64,000 nucleotides of DNA. Source: Desulfatiglandales bacterium (GTDB lineage Bacteria; Desulfobacterota; DSM-4660; Desulfatiglandales; HGW-15). The notes beneath the pieces were generated by a model. It was not told the DNA's origin. It made no database searches and was given only the letters and a program-made list of their open reading frames with translations. Made by a program: the position numbers and the translations under genes. This document shows positions 47,759 to 57,294 of the stretch, piece by piece (within the stretch, counting starts at the first letter, position 1; every line of letters starts with the position of its first letter). The DNA is taken from positions 2,208,001 through 2,272,000 of the forward strand of contig CAXXJJ010000001.1 in the NCBI GenBank assembly GCA_963667015.2, written 5' to 3'.

Positions 47759-49282
47759 CTATGCTGTGGGTTGTTCCGGCAACTTGGTAAATGCATCCTC
47801 TATTCTCTCCGGAGAAAAACGGCCAAGTAACACAAATGCCACTGCACCAAGGCACATTGGCGTGAAATTACTCAACCCTCCTTCATCTTTGATGAATTTG
47901 GTGACATCCTCAGGGATTAATTTACATTTTACTAGACCTTTATGTTCGAAGCAATCTATAATGGGCTTGAGCAGTTTATCCGAATCAATATCCAAACTTA
48001 TTTCACCCAGCATTGCGATTTCATAGTTTACCGTATCTCTGACGAGAGCACGAAATGTTATGTCAGATTCTGTGACATTGTGTCCAAGTTCTTCCTTTAC
48101 TTCATTTGTTGCTGTTGAAAACACGTTTGGTCCGAACGGGCCAATATCTCTGGGGTCACTTACCATTCCACCGGCTGAACAGGCAAATCCCTGCTTGGCA
48201 TGAGAAACTTTATCGATGTTTCTTCTTTGAAAAAAAATGTATTCTTCTCCCCCTTCAATACAAACAACAAAAATATTGACGCTTAACGCATTTGCCAGAT
48301 TTGACTTTCTCGGATTTTGAATGACACTGTTTTCGTATGACCTCAGTTTTTCGCAATCATCCGGGTCCAAATAAGCCCAGCAATGGTTTGAACTTATAAA
48401 AGTATAATAATCGGTTGACTGAACATTCAGTCTGATAGATCGGGTTCGATGAACTTCGTCCCTGTCCGGGATAAAATCGACAACTCGAAACAGTGTGCCC
48501 TCAAAGAGGGTTCTTCCCCTGTTTTTCGCATCAACATCCTGTTTTTTAAAAACTTCTTTAAATTTGTTTCTCCACTTTTTTGGTGGTTGATATTTAACAC
48601 CTTCAACATCAATCCGGATTGGAGATTTACCTGACTTTAACTTGTAAATATATCGTCCATCTCCTTCCAGGGGAAGGACAGGGATGTTGATTCGTTGAAA
48701 AAAGTCTTTCAGCAGTTTCCCGCTTCCTCCTTTTATATTTTCCAGATATTGTTTGATTGCAGTAGTAAGTTCACTTTGCAGAAAATTACCGCCGGAGTAA
48801 AAAATAATATATTTATTTCTTATATTAAAATGCGGACGTTCTGTGTTTGCGCGATGAACCAAAAAAATGGTCTTATTGTGGGCAAAAGCATAGCCCAACT
48901 CGAAATAGACATTGGGCCTATTGCCAGTAGTATCGCAAACCACGTATGCCGCGTTTCTGATGCGAACAAGTATTTCTTCATCCAGGGAGCCATCAACATT
49001 TTTTATGCCATCAATACGAAGCTGTTCAACCAGATTATCGGCAATTTGTGATGCCTCGCATATTGCCCCCTTAATTCCTCCTAAGGCATCTTTACTTTCA
49101 TTACTACCGTCAAAGTTCATCAATATAATCGGGAGTGAATTAATGTCCAAGATATCCACCTTTCGTTGACAATCGGCGAAAATAGTATGTTTGGTAAGAA
49201 TTCCCTTTTTTGATGATAAAATATATTGAGTAGCGAGTTGTATGTCAACATAAAATCCCAAAATCCGACATTGACGCTTCAC
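47759..49282 (-). CDS. Nucleoside-deoxyribosyltransferase/TIR-like domain fused to a Nudix-like domain (start uncertain)
   Basis: VVCDTTGNRPNVYFELGYAFA..PHFNI in the N-terminal half; FQRR..SAGG..ATNEVKEELG in the C-terminal half. Confidence 0.65.
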   Translation of the reverse strand: MKRQCRILGFYVDIQLATQYILSSKKGILTKHTIFADCQRKVDILDINSLPIILMNFDGSNESKDALGGIKGAICEASQIADNLVEQLRIDGIKNVDGSLDEEILVRIRNAAYVVCDTTGNRPNVYFELGYAFAHNKTIFLVHRANTERPHFNIRNKYIIFYSGGNFLQSELTTAIKQYLENIKGGSGKLLKDFFQRINIPVLPLEGDGRYIYKLKSGKSPIRIDVEGVKYQPPKKWRNKFKEVFKKQDVDAKNRGRTLFEGTLFRVVDFIPDRDEVHRTRSIRLNVQSTDYYTFISSNHCWAYLDPDDCEKLRSYENSVIQNPRKSNLANALSVNIFVVCIEGGEEYIFFQRRNIDKVSHAKQGFACSAGGMVSDPRDIGPFGPNVFSTATNEVKEELGHNVTESDITFRALVRDTVNYEIAMLGEISLDIDSDKLLKPIIDCFEHKGLVKCKLIPEDVTKFIKDEGGLSNFTPMCLGAVAFVLLGRFSPERIEDAFTKLPEQPTA

Positions 49283-49456
49283 AGCTCTCTAGATTTTAAA
49301 TTTCAAGTCAAAAAAAAGAGTATAGAAGGCCTACGCTATGCTTTTTTTACTATTTTATTTACCTACAACCAAGTCCAGCCTAATATTCCCTAGCTTCGGA
49401 CATATTTGTCCCCCTTTAGCCGTTACAATATAAAACAATATGATACTTTCATTGCA

Positions 49457-49765
49457 TTAGGTATTCGTAAACTCCCAGGTCCTTACTCTGATATCATTAA
49501 ATAGCCCAAGAAAGACTCTTTTTACTTTGAGGTATACTTGCCCTCCGTGAAACACTATCTTTCCTGCGGTCTGATATATTCTCCATCTGATCGTTTGAAC
49601 CTGATAAGTATGCCAGTTCTTATCCATGGTTTTTAGGATAAAGAGACGATACGCATTATAAGCAAGAACTCCTATCCTAAAGAATACTGCATTAGCTCCT
49701 GTTTGACCACAAGGCATTCTTTCCATACCAAAACCTATCTTCAGGTCCTTTATTCGGTTTTCACT
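49457..49765 (-). pseudogene. IS1380-family transposase, C-terminal fragment
   Basis: SENRIKDLK.GFGMERMPCG...NAVFF.IGVLAYN...TIRW; 5' part replaced by the adjacent Y1 element. Confidence 0.8.
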
Positions 49766-49791
49766 GAGTAATGGTTTAATGGGGTTGGTTT

Positions 49792-50735
49792 AATGGGGTC
49801 GGACCAAGTTAACTTATTGATTATTATAGTTAAACGTTCCATAAATGACTGTTTTCAAGGCTTATATCGCCTTTTTCAGCCTCAAAATGAGCATTATACA
49901 AGCCAGCAGGTTCTCGAAGTTGATATGAATCTCCATCACTATTACTTTTTCGTCCGATAGCATTTATACCCATCAATGATTTAAGCCTCCTGACAAAACC
50001 TTCGTTTCCAACAGCAATACTTTTTGTCCATCTGTCATCACGTTTATTGTTTCCGTTATACAGATACTCTTCTACCCATCTTTTTTGATAATTCATTACT
50101 TCATCGTAAGATTCAAAGCCTAAAAGCTTAGTGAGTTTTCTATAATTAATAAGGATATTTTTCTTTCTCGGTTTTTGTATTTCATTATATCCACAAAAAG
50201 ACCATTCCGATGGATGTTCCACAACTCCTGCCCGTACCATGTTAAGATCTATATATACAAGGCACTTTGAAAGATGTTCACCGCTTTCGACTGCTGTCGC
50301 ATGGTATCTGTCTTCCCAGAATGCCCCTTTTCTTTTTTTGCGTCGATTGAATTCCTGACCTGTCCTCCCAGCTATCAGCTTAATGGAATTCGGAATAACA
50401 TCACGATCTTCTCCTCCGACTACAAGAAGGTGTATATGGTTTGAAGTCACTGAATAATTCAATATCTCTAAATCATATCTTTTCCTGGCTTCATACAACC
50501 ATTGAAGCCATCTCTTTCGATCCTTATCAAATTTAAGCAGGAATTCTCTCTTATGACATCTATGGGTGATATGCCAAACTTGGTTCGGTATATAGTGACG
50601 ATTTGCTCTTGCCATTGTTATGTTTTTGTATATGCTCCTTTTTCCTGCCAAAAAGGCGCATATAGGCGCTAAATACACCCTCTTTTTTATTATATTTTAT
50701 TTAATTCCAGTAAGTTAGCTTGGTCCGACCCCATT
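49792..50735 (-). mobile_element. Y1/RAYT-type transposase element with terminal inverted repeats
   Basis: AATGGGGTCGGACCAAGTTAACTTA (49792-49816) and TAAGTTAGCTTGGTCCGACCCCATT (50711-50735), 24/25 inverted match; both neighbouring genes appear truncated. Confidence 0.75.
49830..50615 (-). CDS. REP-associated-type tyrosine (Y1 HUH) transposase
   Basis: WHITHRC, NHIHLL (HUH), GAFWEDRY and YIDLNMVRAG..HP.EW; start placed at MARANRHY. Confidence 0.88.
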   Translation of the reverse strand: MARANRHYIPNQVWHITHRCHKREFLLKFDKDRKRWLQWLYEARKRYDLEILNYSVTSNHIHLLVVGGEDRDVIPNSIKLIAGRTGQEFNRRKKRKGAFWEDRYHATAVESGEHLSKCLVYIDLNMVRAGVVEHPSEWSFCGYNEIQKPRKKNILINYRKLTKLLGFESYDEVMNYQKRWVEEYLYNGNNKRDDRWTKSIAVGNEGFVRRLKSLMGINAIGRKSNSDGDSYQLREPAGLYNAHFEAEKGDISLENSHLWNV

Positions 50736-51545
50736 TCTCGGACCGGTAATTTCAGGCTGTTCAAGCTGCATCTTCCTGACTGCCTTTTCAGTAATCTCTT
50801 TTATCTCATTTGCGCTAAGTCCGCTTATCTCTGCACCGGATTTACCCGGCCCTGTTCCAGTGATCCTTTTAAATTCATCATGAGACGTACGCTTAAGCCC
50901 TTCCAGTGCCTTTACCTGCGACCGGTTTAGATTGTGATCTATTGCCGCAGTCAATACCTCATCTGAGGTGTCCAGTAAAATCTGGAGGTCATTTTCGTAA
51001 AATGATCGCCATTTCAATGACTTGGGCAGATTTTTGAAGATATTTTCTACCTGTCCCATAAATTTATGGGACAGGTCGTTTGAATCTCCTGAAATACTCG
51101 ATCCTCTTTCTTTGCTTCTTCGTATCGAATCCAGTTTGGAAAGTAGATTTTTCAAGCGATGCATGGCGGATTCACCCATGCTGTCATACACTTCATCACC
51201 GCAAAGCTCGGAGTCGACCAGATCAACAATGGTCTCTATTGTTTCTATAACGGATAAATTTTCACGCTGAAGGTTTTCCGCGGCGCACATACGCCTTGCC
51301 TCAAGGTCATTCGCCTTGATTACTCTGGAGAGTATGGCGCTGTTATCAGTATATTCCTTAACTGCCCTTAACCTTCTTTCACCGCATATTAGCTGAAAAC
51401 GCCTGTTACAGCGCCTTAAGACTACAGGCTCAATAAGACCGTCCCGCGTTATACTCACTGCAAGCTCCCTGAGTTTATCAGTGTTCATATGTCTGCGGTG
51501 CTGAAAAGGGGAAGGATCAATCTTGTCGATATCTATCAGTTCCAT
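50715..51545 (-). CDS. ParB/Spo0J-like N-terminal domain protein, probably C-terminally truncated
   Basis: PFQHR, GLIEPVV, ICGERRLRA and ENLQRENL; stop codon lies inside the Y1 element repeat. Confidence 0.8.
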   Translation of the reverse strand: MELIDIDKIDPSPFQHRRHMNTDKLRELAVSITRDGLIEPVVLRRCNRRFQLICGERRLRAVKEYTDNSAILSRVIKANDLEARRMCAAENLQRENLSVIETIETIVDLVDSELCGDEVYDSMGESAMHRLKNLLSKLDSIRRSKERGSSISGDSNDLSHKFMGQVENIFKNLPKSLKWRSFYENDLQILLDTSDEVLTAAIDHNLNRSQVKALEGLKRTSHDEFKRITGTGPGKSGAEISGLSANEIKEITEKAVRKMQLEQPEITGPRNGVGPS

Positions 51546-51744
51546 AATGATTTTCCTTTGGTGCCCATACTGAAATGGGTCTGATGTTAAAAGACAAATA
51601 TTTTTGGATTGATGCAAGTAATTCGGGAAAACTTTTTAAGATGGTAATTCGTTGTTTCTGAAATGATATGCTCTATTTTTAAATCTTTTTTAAAAATAAT
51701 TCAATGTTCAATATTCAACCACTACCCCTTTCCACGTCTTACTT

Positions 51745-53493
51745 TTAATGCGGCAGAAAGTCGCATAGCGGTGATTCGACTTCTATACTTTCTTCCCTAT
51801 CCCGTACCACCGGCAACACCAGGTGGGACGGGTACTCACTGTTGTGATAAACAGTGATATCAATGGAGAGCGGAGAAGGGCCTGTGACATAGGAGCTTCC
51901 CGCGTCCCATGAATTATAATCCCTGTCCTCACAGGCGATCTGCAGCCAGATTTTATGTCCCTTTTTAAATGTATTGAAAATGGGAACAAGCTCGATCTGA
52001 AATTCATATATGGTACCCGGCTCAAGAATTTCAGGGTTGGTAAAAGAATGCCATGGATTTCCCGGTTTTGATCTGGATTCATCCAGTTTCCTGAATTTTG
52101 TCTTGAGATTTCCATAGCTCCACAGGTTAACCTCTCCGGGTGTCCATGCATCAGTCCAGTCAGGCCTCAGGAATGGCTTTCCTGTAACCGGATTCAGGGC
52201 CGGACCATCCGGGCCGATTTCCCCTATCTTGATAAAAAATGCCCAGTCTGAGGGTGTCTTCTCAGTTGTTGAGGCATAAAGAGTCATACTCACAGGACCC
52301 TTTATGGTTACATTTTCTTCCAGCGGCGGAGTGGTAAAGGCCAGGAACTCTTTGTTATCCGAATTAGGGAGGAAGATAAAGGAGCCCGGTTTCTGTTTTT
52401 TAACGGGAGGATGTTTAAATGAGCTGGAATCTTTCTGCCTGTCCGGAGATTCTTGAGCAAGTGCTCCCCATGGTGCGGTTGATGACACATCCCTGTTTAT
52501 ATAGAAGTTCTTCCATTCGGTTCGCCTGATCGGATATTCATTTTCATATTGCCATCTGCCGGTTCCATTATCGTAAATGGCGACTTCGGGCTCATTCATG
52601 ATCCCGGTATCAATTTCTTTAAGCCAGTAATCGAACCATCTGAGAAGGTATTCGTTAATAGCATCAGTCTCAAATATAAATGGCTGATAGCGTGAACCGG
52701 CCCATGGAGATATAATCAGTTTTTTAGGTGATTTGATACTGTTGTAATGTGAAAGATGCTGTGTGATGTGAAGATCATTGGCCGCAGGAGCAATACTTAA
52801 AACCGGGGTCTTAATCCTGTCCATATGCCGCCATGCCCCGCCGTGCTCCCAGTAAAAGGGTCCGTCCTCACTGTTTGCAAATATCCCGGAAATCACGTTT
52901 TCAGGGAGTTCCTTGCCCTGGATCAGGCCGGGCCATATGGCCTCCTGTAAAATTTTGGATACGATGTAGGTAACAAAGGATGAACGCAGGACACCGCCCG
53001 GATAGATCATTCCCCTGTAATTATCTGTGGTTCCCGGACACGGTACAATACACCTGAGATGAGGCGGGTTCTGAAGCGCTGTCACCCACTGGTTAACCCC
53101 GAAATATGAGGCCCCCATCATACCGACTTTTCCGCTGCACCATGGCTGTTCTGCCAGCCACTCTACTGTATCATGCCCGTCCTTTGCCTCATTCTGACCA
53201 TGAAAGCAGAACTGCCCCTGGGAAAAGCCGCTCCCCCTTGCCTGGAGCTGGACAAGGACATAGCCCCTGGGACAATAGAATCGCGGAAGTGCGCTTTCAA
53301 AAAAATACTCCTTCCTGTACCCGGCATAGCCTATAATAGCCGGCCATGGTCCTTTACCGCGTGCAGGCTTGTAAAGATCCATGGCAAGTTTGACTCCATC
53401 ACGCATTTCAGCATAGACATTTTTTTCAAGAACCACGTCTTCATGAACAGGATCGGGATATATTACTTCGGGGATTTCATTATTTGTATTCAT
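51745..53493 (-). CDS. CocE/NonD family hydrolase
   Basis: MRDGVKLAMDLY, RGSG.S.G, QPWCSGKVGMMGASYFG, RWFDYWLK and FKKGHKI. Confidence 0.9.
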   Translation of the reverse strand: MNTNNEIPEVIYPDPVHEDVVLEKNVYAEMRDGVKLAMDLYKPARGKGPWPAIIGYAGYRKEYFFESALPRFYCPRGYVLVQLQARGSGFSQGQFCFHGQNEAKDGHDTVEWLAEQPWCSGKVGMMGASYFGVNQWVTALQNPPHLRCIVPCPGTTDNYRGMIYPGGVLRSSFVTYIVSKILQEAIWPGLIQGKELPENVISGIFANSEDGPFYWEHGGAWRHMDRIKTPVLSIAPAANDLHITQHLSHYNSIKSPKKLIISPWAGSRYQPFIFETDAINEYLLRWFDYWLKEIDTGIMNEPEVAIYDNGTGRWQYENEYPIRRTEWKNFYINRDVSSTAPWGALAQESPDRQKDSSSFKHPPVKKQKPGSFIFLPNSDNKEFLAFTTPPLEENVTIKGPVSMTLYASTTEKTPSDWAFFIKIGEIGPDGPALNPVTGKPFLRPDWTDAWTPGEVNLWSYGNLKTKFRKLDESRSKPGNPWHSFTNPEILEPGTIYEFQIELVPIFNTFKKGHKIWLQIACEDRDYNSWDAGSSYVTGPSPLSIDITVYHNSEYPSHLVLPVVRDREESIEVESPLCDFLPH

Positions 53494-53544
53494 TGCCTTT
53501 TCCTTTTGAATTTGTAGCAGGCACCGATCTCTGATCACTGACCT

Positions 53545-54876
53545 CTATCTTTTCCCTGTCACCGGGTTGGAATAGTGAAATGGCGGCAGAAAGGCAGAAG
53601 GATACATTTCAAAATAAACTGTGGGCGGTGCATCCGGGGGATTTTCATCGTTAATCCCGGGTGGATTACGGCGATCAAGATCCTTCCACCCCTCATCATA
53701 GGATGCAAAATAGGTGTTAAAAACCTGGTCTTTGTGCAGCATCCAGGTACCGTTGCGCTTTACAAAGATGTTCTCGTAAACCCCTCCCATCCACATGCCT
53801 GTTCCCTGATATGATCCCATCATAGAAAATGCCCTGGAGCGCATGAAGGCAGTCTGGCCGTCCCTGCTTACATGAATTACCGGCTGATACTGCATATGGT
53901 TGTGAAGCTGCCCGTGTAGCTGGTCCTGTTCACCGTATAAATCCAGGTTGCGTCTTATTCCCTTATGCCCTCTGTAAACGCCGCGCTGGGCAATTTCAAT
54001 AGTGCCGTCCGGTGCAAAAATCCCTGTCAAATCATCCCATTGATTCCGTGCGAGATAATATCCGTAAATAGCCTGCATACGCTCCACCTCATAAGCATCC
54101 TGCAGTAATCCGATACGGCTTTCCAGATCATCCATTAATGGGCCGAGTTCTTCAGCCGATATATCCCTGAAATCCGGTTCTGTGGTTTCTGTTTTTCCTG
54201 TTACAGGATTTTCAAAGTGGAAGGGAGGTACAAAAACAGAGGGATAATTCTCATAATCAACAGTTGGAGGCTGATCAGGCGAAAGATCTTTGTCCGGTCC
54301 GGAGCGGGGCAGGGCTTCTTTTGCCCAGCCCTGATCATAGGGTGTGCGCATGATGGAGTAAAGATGCAGGCCGCTTATCTTCCATTTGCCATCTTCTTTT
54401 TTATATTCATTTTCATAGACCCCGGTTCCCCAGAAATGATTTTTGCCGAACTCCGCCTCCTGTGAAAAAAGGTGCCAGCGTCCTTTGGCCTCGGTTCCGG
54501 AAAGCACATGAATGACTGGCTGTAACTGCATAAAGTCGTGAAGCACCCCCTCTTCAGGGCCTTCCGCCCCAAGGGTCATGAAATATTCCAGGATCCTTGC
54601 CTTGCCCAGGTAAACACCATCGCCCCCGATCTCTACCGAGGCATTGTCAGTAAAGAGGTCGGCTGCCTGGGACCACAGCTTTTTATCAAAATAAAAACCA
54701 AAGATACGCTGAAGATTTTCAATCTCGTTTTCCGCTTCCAGGTTTTCGATTTCCTGCTCAAGTACATTAGCCTCCCTGACAAGCTCGCCATATTCATCCG
54801 GGCCTGAATATTGAATCCGCGGATAGAGGATAATAAGCAGGAGCACCACAACGGCTGAAAATATATGTACTGACAT
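53545..54876 (-). CDS. Protein with tandem NTF2/SnoaL-like domains
   Basis: Two repeats of LQ..(F/Y)G.Y...HxxMQxQPVIHV...G.YEN...G.W..GW...PPFH(F/Y).NPVTG. Confidence 0.85.
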   Translation of the reverse strand: MSVHIFSAVVVLLLIILYPRIQYSGPDEYGELVREANVLEQEIENLEAENEIENLQRIFGFYFDKKLWSQAADLFTDNASVEIGGDGVYLGKARILEYFMTLGAEGPEEGVLHDFMQLQPVIHVLSGTEAKGRWHLFSQEAEFGKNHFWGTGVYENEYKKEDGKWKISGLHLYSIMRTPYDQGWAKEALPRSGPDKDLSPDQPPTVDYENYPSVFVPPFHFENPVTGKTETTEPDFRDISAEELGPLMDDLESRIGLLQDAYEVERMQAIYGYYLARNQWDDLTGIFAPDGTIEIAQRGVYRGHKGIRRNLDLYGEQDQLHGQLHNHMQYQPVIHVSRDGQTAFMRSRAFSMMGSYQGTGMWMGGVYENIFVKRNGTWMLHKDQVFNTYFASYDEGWKDLDRRNPPGINDENPPDAPPTVYFEMYPSAFLPPFHYSNPVTGKR

Positions 54877-55622
54877 TACCGGTTATCCTCTTCACTGTAT
54901 ACGGCAACAGGATTTTTAAAGTGAAAGGGCGGTAAAAAGGTTTCAGGCCAGGAGCCGAAATCCCTGTTATAGGGGATATCCGGTTTAAGGATACCTGAGA
55001 CATACTTCCCCTGATTTGCGTCTTCATTTTTTGCCCATCCGCCCTCATAGGGCACCAGTATTGTCTGGTACCAGCAGAGCCTGCTTATCTTCCAGACGCC
55101 GTCTTCCTTTACGTATTCATTCTCATAGGGACCTTCTCCCCAGAATGCTGTCCTGCCGTACTGCCCCTGCAGGCTGAGATCACGCCAGCGTCCCTTTGCG
55201 GTCTGGCCGTCATCAGACAGGGTAATGACCGGCATAAGCTGAAAATGTTCATTAAGTTCTCCTTCTCTAAGGCCGGATCTACCGTTGCCAAGGGCGTAAA
55301 AATATTCTCCTATTTTGTCTTTTCCCTTATATGTACCGTCACGTGCATATTCCAGTGTCGCGTTTTCCGAAAACAGGTCCCTGATCTCGTCCCACAGGCC
55401 CCTGTCAAAATAATAACCGAAGATGCGCTGCAGTCGTTTGATGTCATTGCTGTCTTTTATCCGCTGAGCCCTGGCCTTGAGTACCCTTATTCTTTCACGA
55501 TATCCGGCTATCTGTTTTTCATCTATCCCGGCTGCTGAGTCCTCACCTTCTTTTTTTTGACCGCAGGAGAAAAATATTAAAAAAGAGATAGATAAAATAA
55601 TACTGTTCAGTATCCTGTGCAT
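54876..55622 (-). CDS. NTF2/SnoaL-like lipoprotein
   Basis: Lipobox FSC; the same single repeat ending PPFHFKNPV. Confidence 0.85.
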   Translation of the reverse strand: MHRILNSIILSISFLIFFSCGQKKEGEDSAAGIDEKQIAGYRERIRVLKARAQRIKDSNDIKRLQRIFGYYFDRGLWDEIRDLFSENATLEYARDGTYKGKDKIGEYFYALGNGRSGLREGELNEHFQLMPVITLSDDGQTAKGRWRDLSLQGQYGRTAFWGEGPYENEYVKEDGVWKISRLCWYQTILVPYEGGWAKNEDANQGKYVSGILKPDIPYNRDFGSWPETFLPPFHFKNPVAVYSEEDNR

Positions 55623-55702
55623 AATTTACCGTTTCAAATCATAACTGGAATAGTTGCTGCAATTCGGTTAAAATCCCGCATCGGGGCCCGGCAAAGACCC
55701 GG

Positions 55703-56257
55703 CTACAATACCCTGTAAAAATGGATTATCACGCTGTTGGCCTTTCGCATTCCCGTGGATATAATAATTGATTTATTTAGCCAGTCGTATTTACTGCCGT
55801 CCTTAACCTCCATCTTTGCGTAGGTACGCATATAGTATTCTGAGGGAGGAACATCTTCACCCTTTGCGAGACGTGCCAGCACCTCTTTTGGAGCGGTCCT
55901 GATGCCGCTGTTTTCTATAAAGATGATCACCCCGTCATCGGTCATCAGGCTGTATTTTGCCACAAGGTCTGCTGTTCCGTCTTCGCGCACTGTCTGCCAG
56001 TCTGCGCCGCCGCGCAGAACCTTTCCTTTGATTTTAGGCCCCACAACCGTGCCGCCTGTAATATTAATGATCCGGCGTACTCCGTATTTGGTTTTTCCCA
56101 GTTCCTGGGGCGGATCAAGTGTTGCAGTTACCTCAAATAAAAATTCCAGCTCCGGTTTTGGAATCAGATCACCCGCAGGAGCAATATTTGCGTACATAAC
56201 GAATACTAAAAGGGTAAAAATAATAAGAAAGGTCTTTTTCATGGTGTTTGTCTCCAT
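55703..56257 (-). CDS. DUF3237 (UPF0311) family protein
   Basis: RRIINITGG..GP..G.VL.GGADWQ, TDDG, YYMRT and YDWLN. Confidence 0.88.
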   Translation of the reverse strand: METNTMKKTFLIIFTLLVFVMYANIAPAGDLIPKPELEFLFEVTATLDPPQELGKTKYGVRRIINITGGTVVGPKIKGKVLRGGADWQTVREDGTADLVAKYSLMTDDGVIIFIENSGIRTAPKEVLARLAKGEDVPPSEYYMRTYAKMEVKDGSKYDWLNKSIIISTGMRKANSVIIHFYRVL

Positions 56258-56267
56258 TTAATTAATG

Positions 56268-57170
56268 TTATCTGGGAATGGGATCGGATGTAGGCCAGAA
56301 GCGTGCTGTTGAGAGGGGCAGGGCACGGAAAAATGCAAGGACAGAGTGAATTTCATTGCCCCAGATCTTGAAGGACTCAAAGGTCACAAGCGAATTGCCT
56401 TCGCCATAGTTTGAACCGGCGTAACCGAAATTCATCCACAGTAATACGATGCCCTTTTCTTCATCCACTGCGGCAACACTCGCAATAATGCTCGGATGCA
56501 GGGTGATGTACTGCTCGTACAAGCCGCTGTTTGGCCTTTTGCATCCTTTTCCGGCCATTATTACTCCGTTTTCAACACGGTAGGTTTCCGGGGCAAAAGG
56601 TGTTCCGGCATCAATGAAGCTTCCGATGCGAAGGCCCTCGGTGTATGTCAGGGCGGTCCTGATCATTGACTCGCGCGACTGTTTTTTTCCGGCCGGAACA
56701 GGATCATTCATTCCCCTTATCGGCGCTCCAAGCTGATTCGGCTGAATACGTGACTCAGGAGTGATATGTTCTACAAGGGTCTCAATGCCTGTGATCTTCA
56801 TATCCTTTACATAAAGCAGTATGGCGCATAGCGCCTGGTTTTTGCCTTCGCGGACCACTATATGCGTGGCAGCAACCTGCTTTTTTGTGTCAAGGTAATC
56901 CTGGCGGAATGAATCCTTTGCGGTAACTGTCTGCCACAGTCCCTCTCCCAGTTTCATGGCCTTTGAGTCCTCCGTGAAACGGACATTGTCGGACAGGGGC
57001 AGGCTCGATGGATCATGGCCCACAAGGGCATCAATATACTGTGTAATCATTCCCCTCAGGCATTCCCGGTCACATTCCTGAGCCGGTGCGGTTTGAACTG
57101 AAAAGAGGAACAGTAACAATAAAAGCGTGACTGTCGGTATTACTCTGTGAGGACGGCATTGTTTAAACAT
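56268..57170 (-). CDS. Secreted hypothetical protein (CDRECL-type, NTF2-like duplicated family)
   Basis: Signal peptide, CDRECL..Y..AL, RFTE..GEGLW, IETLV and RVENG; related to 59565..60641. Confidence 0.65.
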   Translation of the reverse strand: MFKQCRPHRVIPTVTLLLLLFLFSVQTAPAQECDRECLRGMITQYIDALVGHDPSSLPLSDNVRFTEDSKAMKLGEGLWQTVTAKDSFRQDYLDTKKQVAATHIVVREGKNQALCAILLYVKDMKITGIETLVEHITPESRIQPNQLGAPIRGMNDPVPAGKKQSRESMIRTALTYTEGLRIGSFIDAGTPFAPETYRVENGVIMAGKGCKRPNSGLYEQYITLHPSIIASVAAVDEEKGIVLLWMNFGYAGSNYGEGNSLVTFESFKIWGNEIHSVLAFFRALPLSTARFWPTSDPIPR

Positions 57171-57294
57171 AGATCTCTCCAATATGATTTGAATGTTGCA
57201 GAAAACTTTGTTGATGAGGGCTCTATTTTTGAAGAGTAATATATATGGTGTCAGGTGCGTCATGTCAATATCTATTACAACGGCGGCAAAAGGC

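Noticed and set aside
50715..51617. Chromosome or plasmid partition locus
   Set aside because: No adjacent parA or recognisable parS; the gene appears truncated
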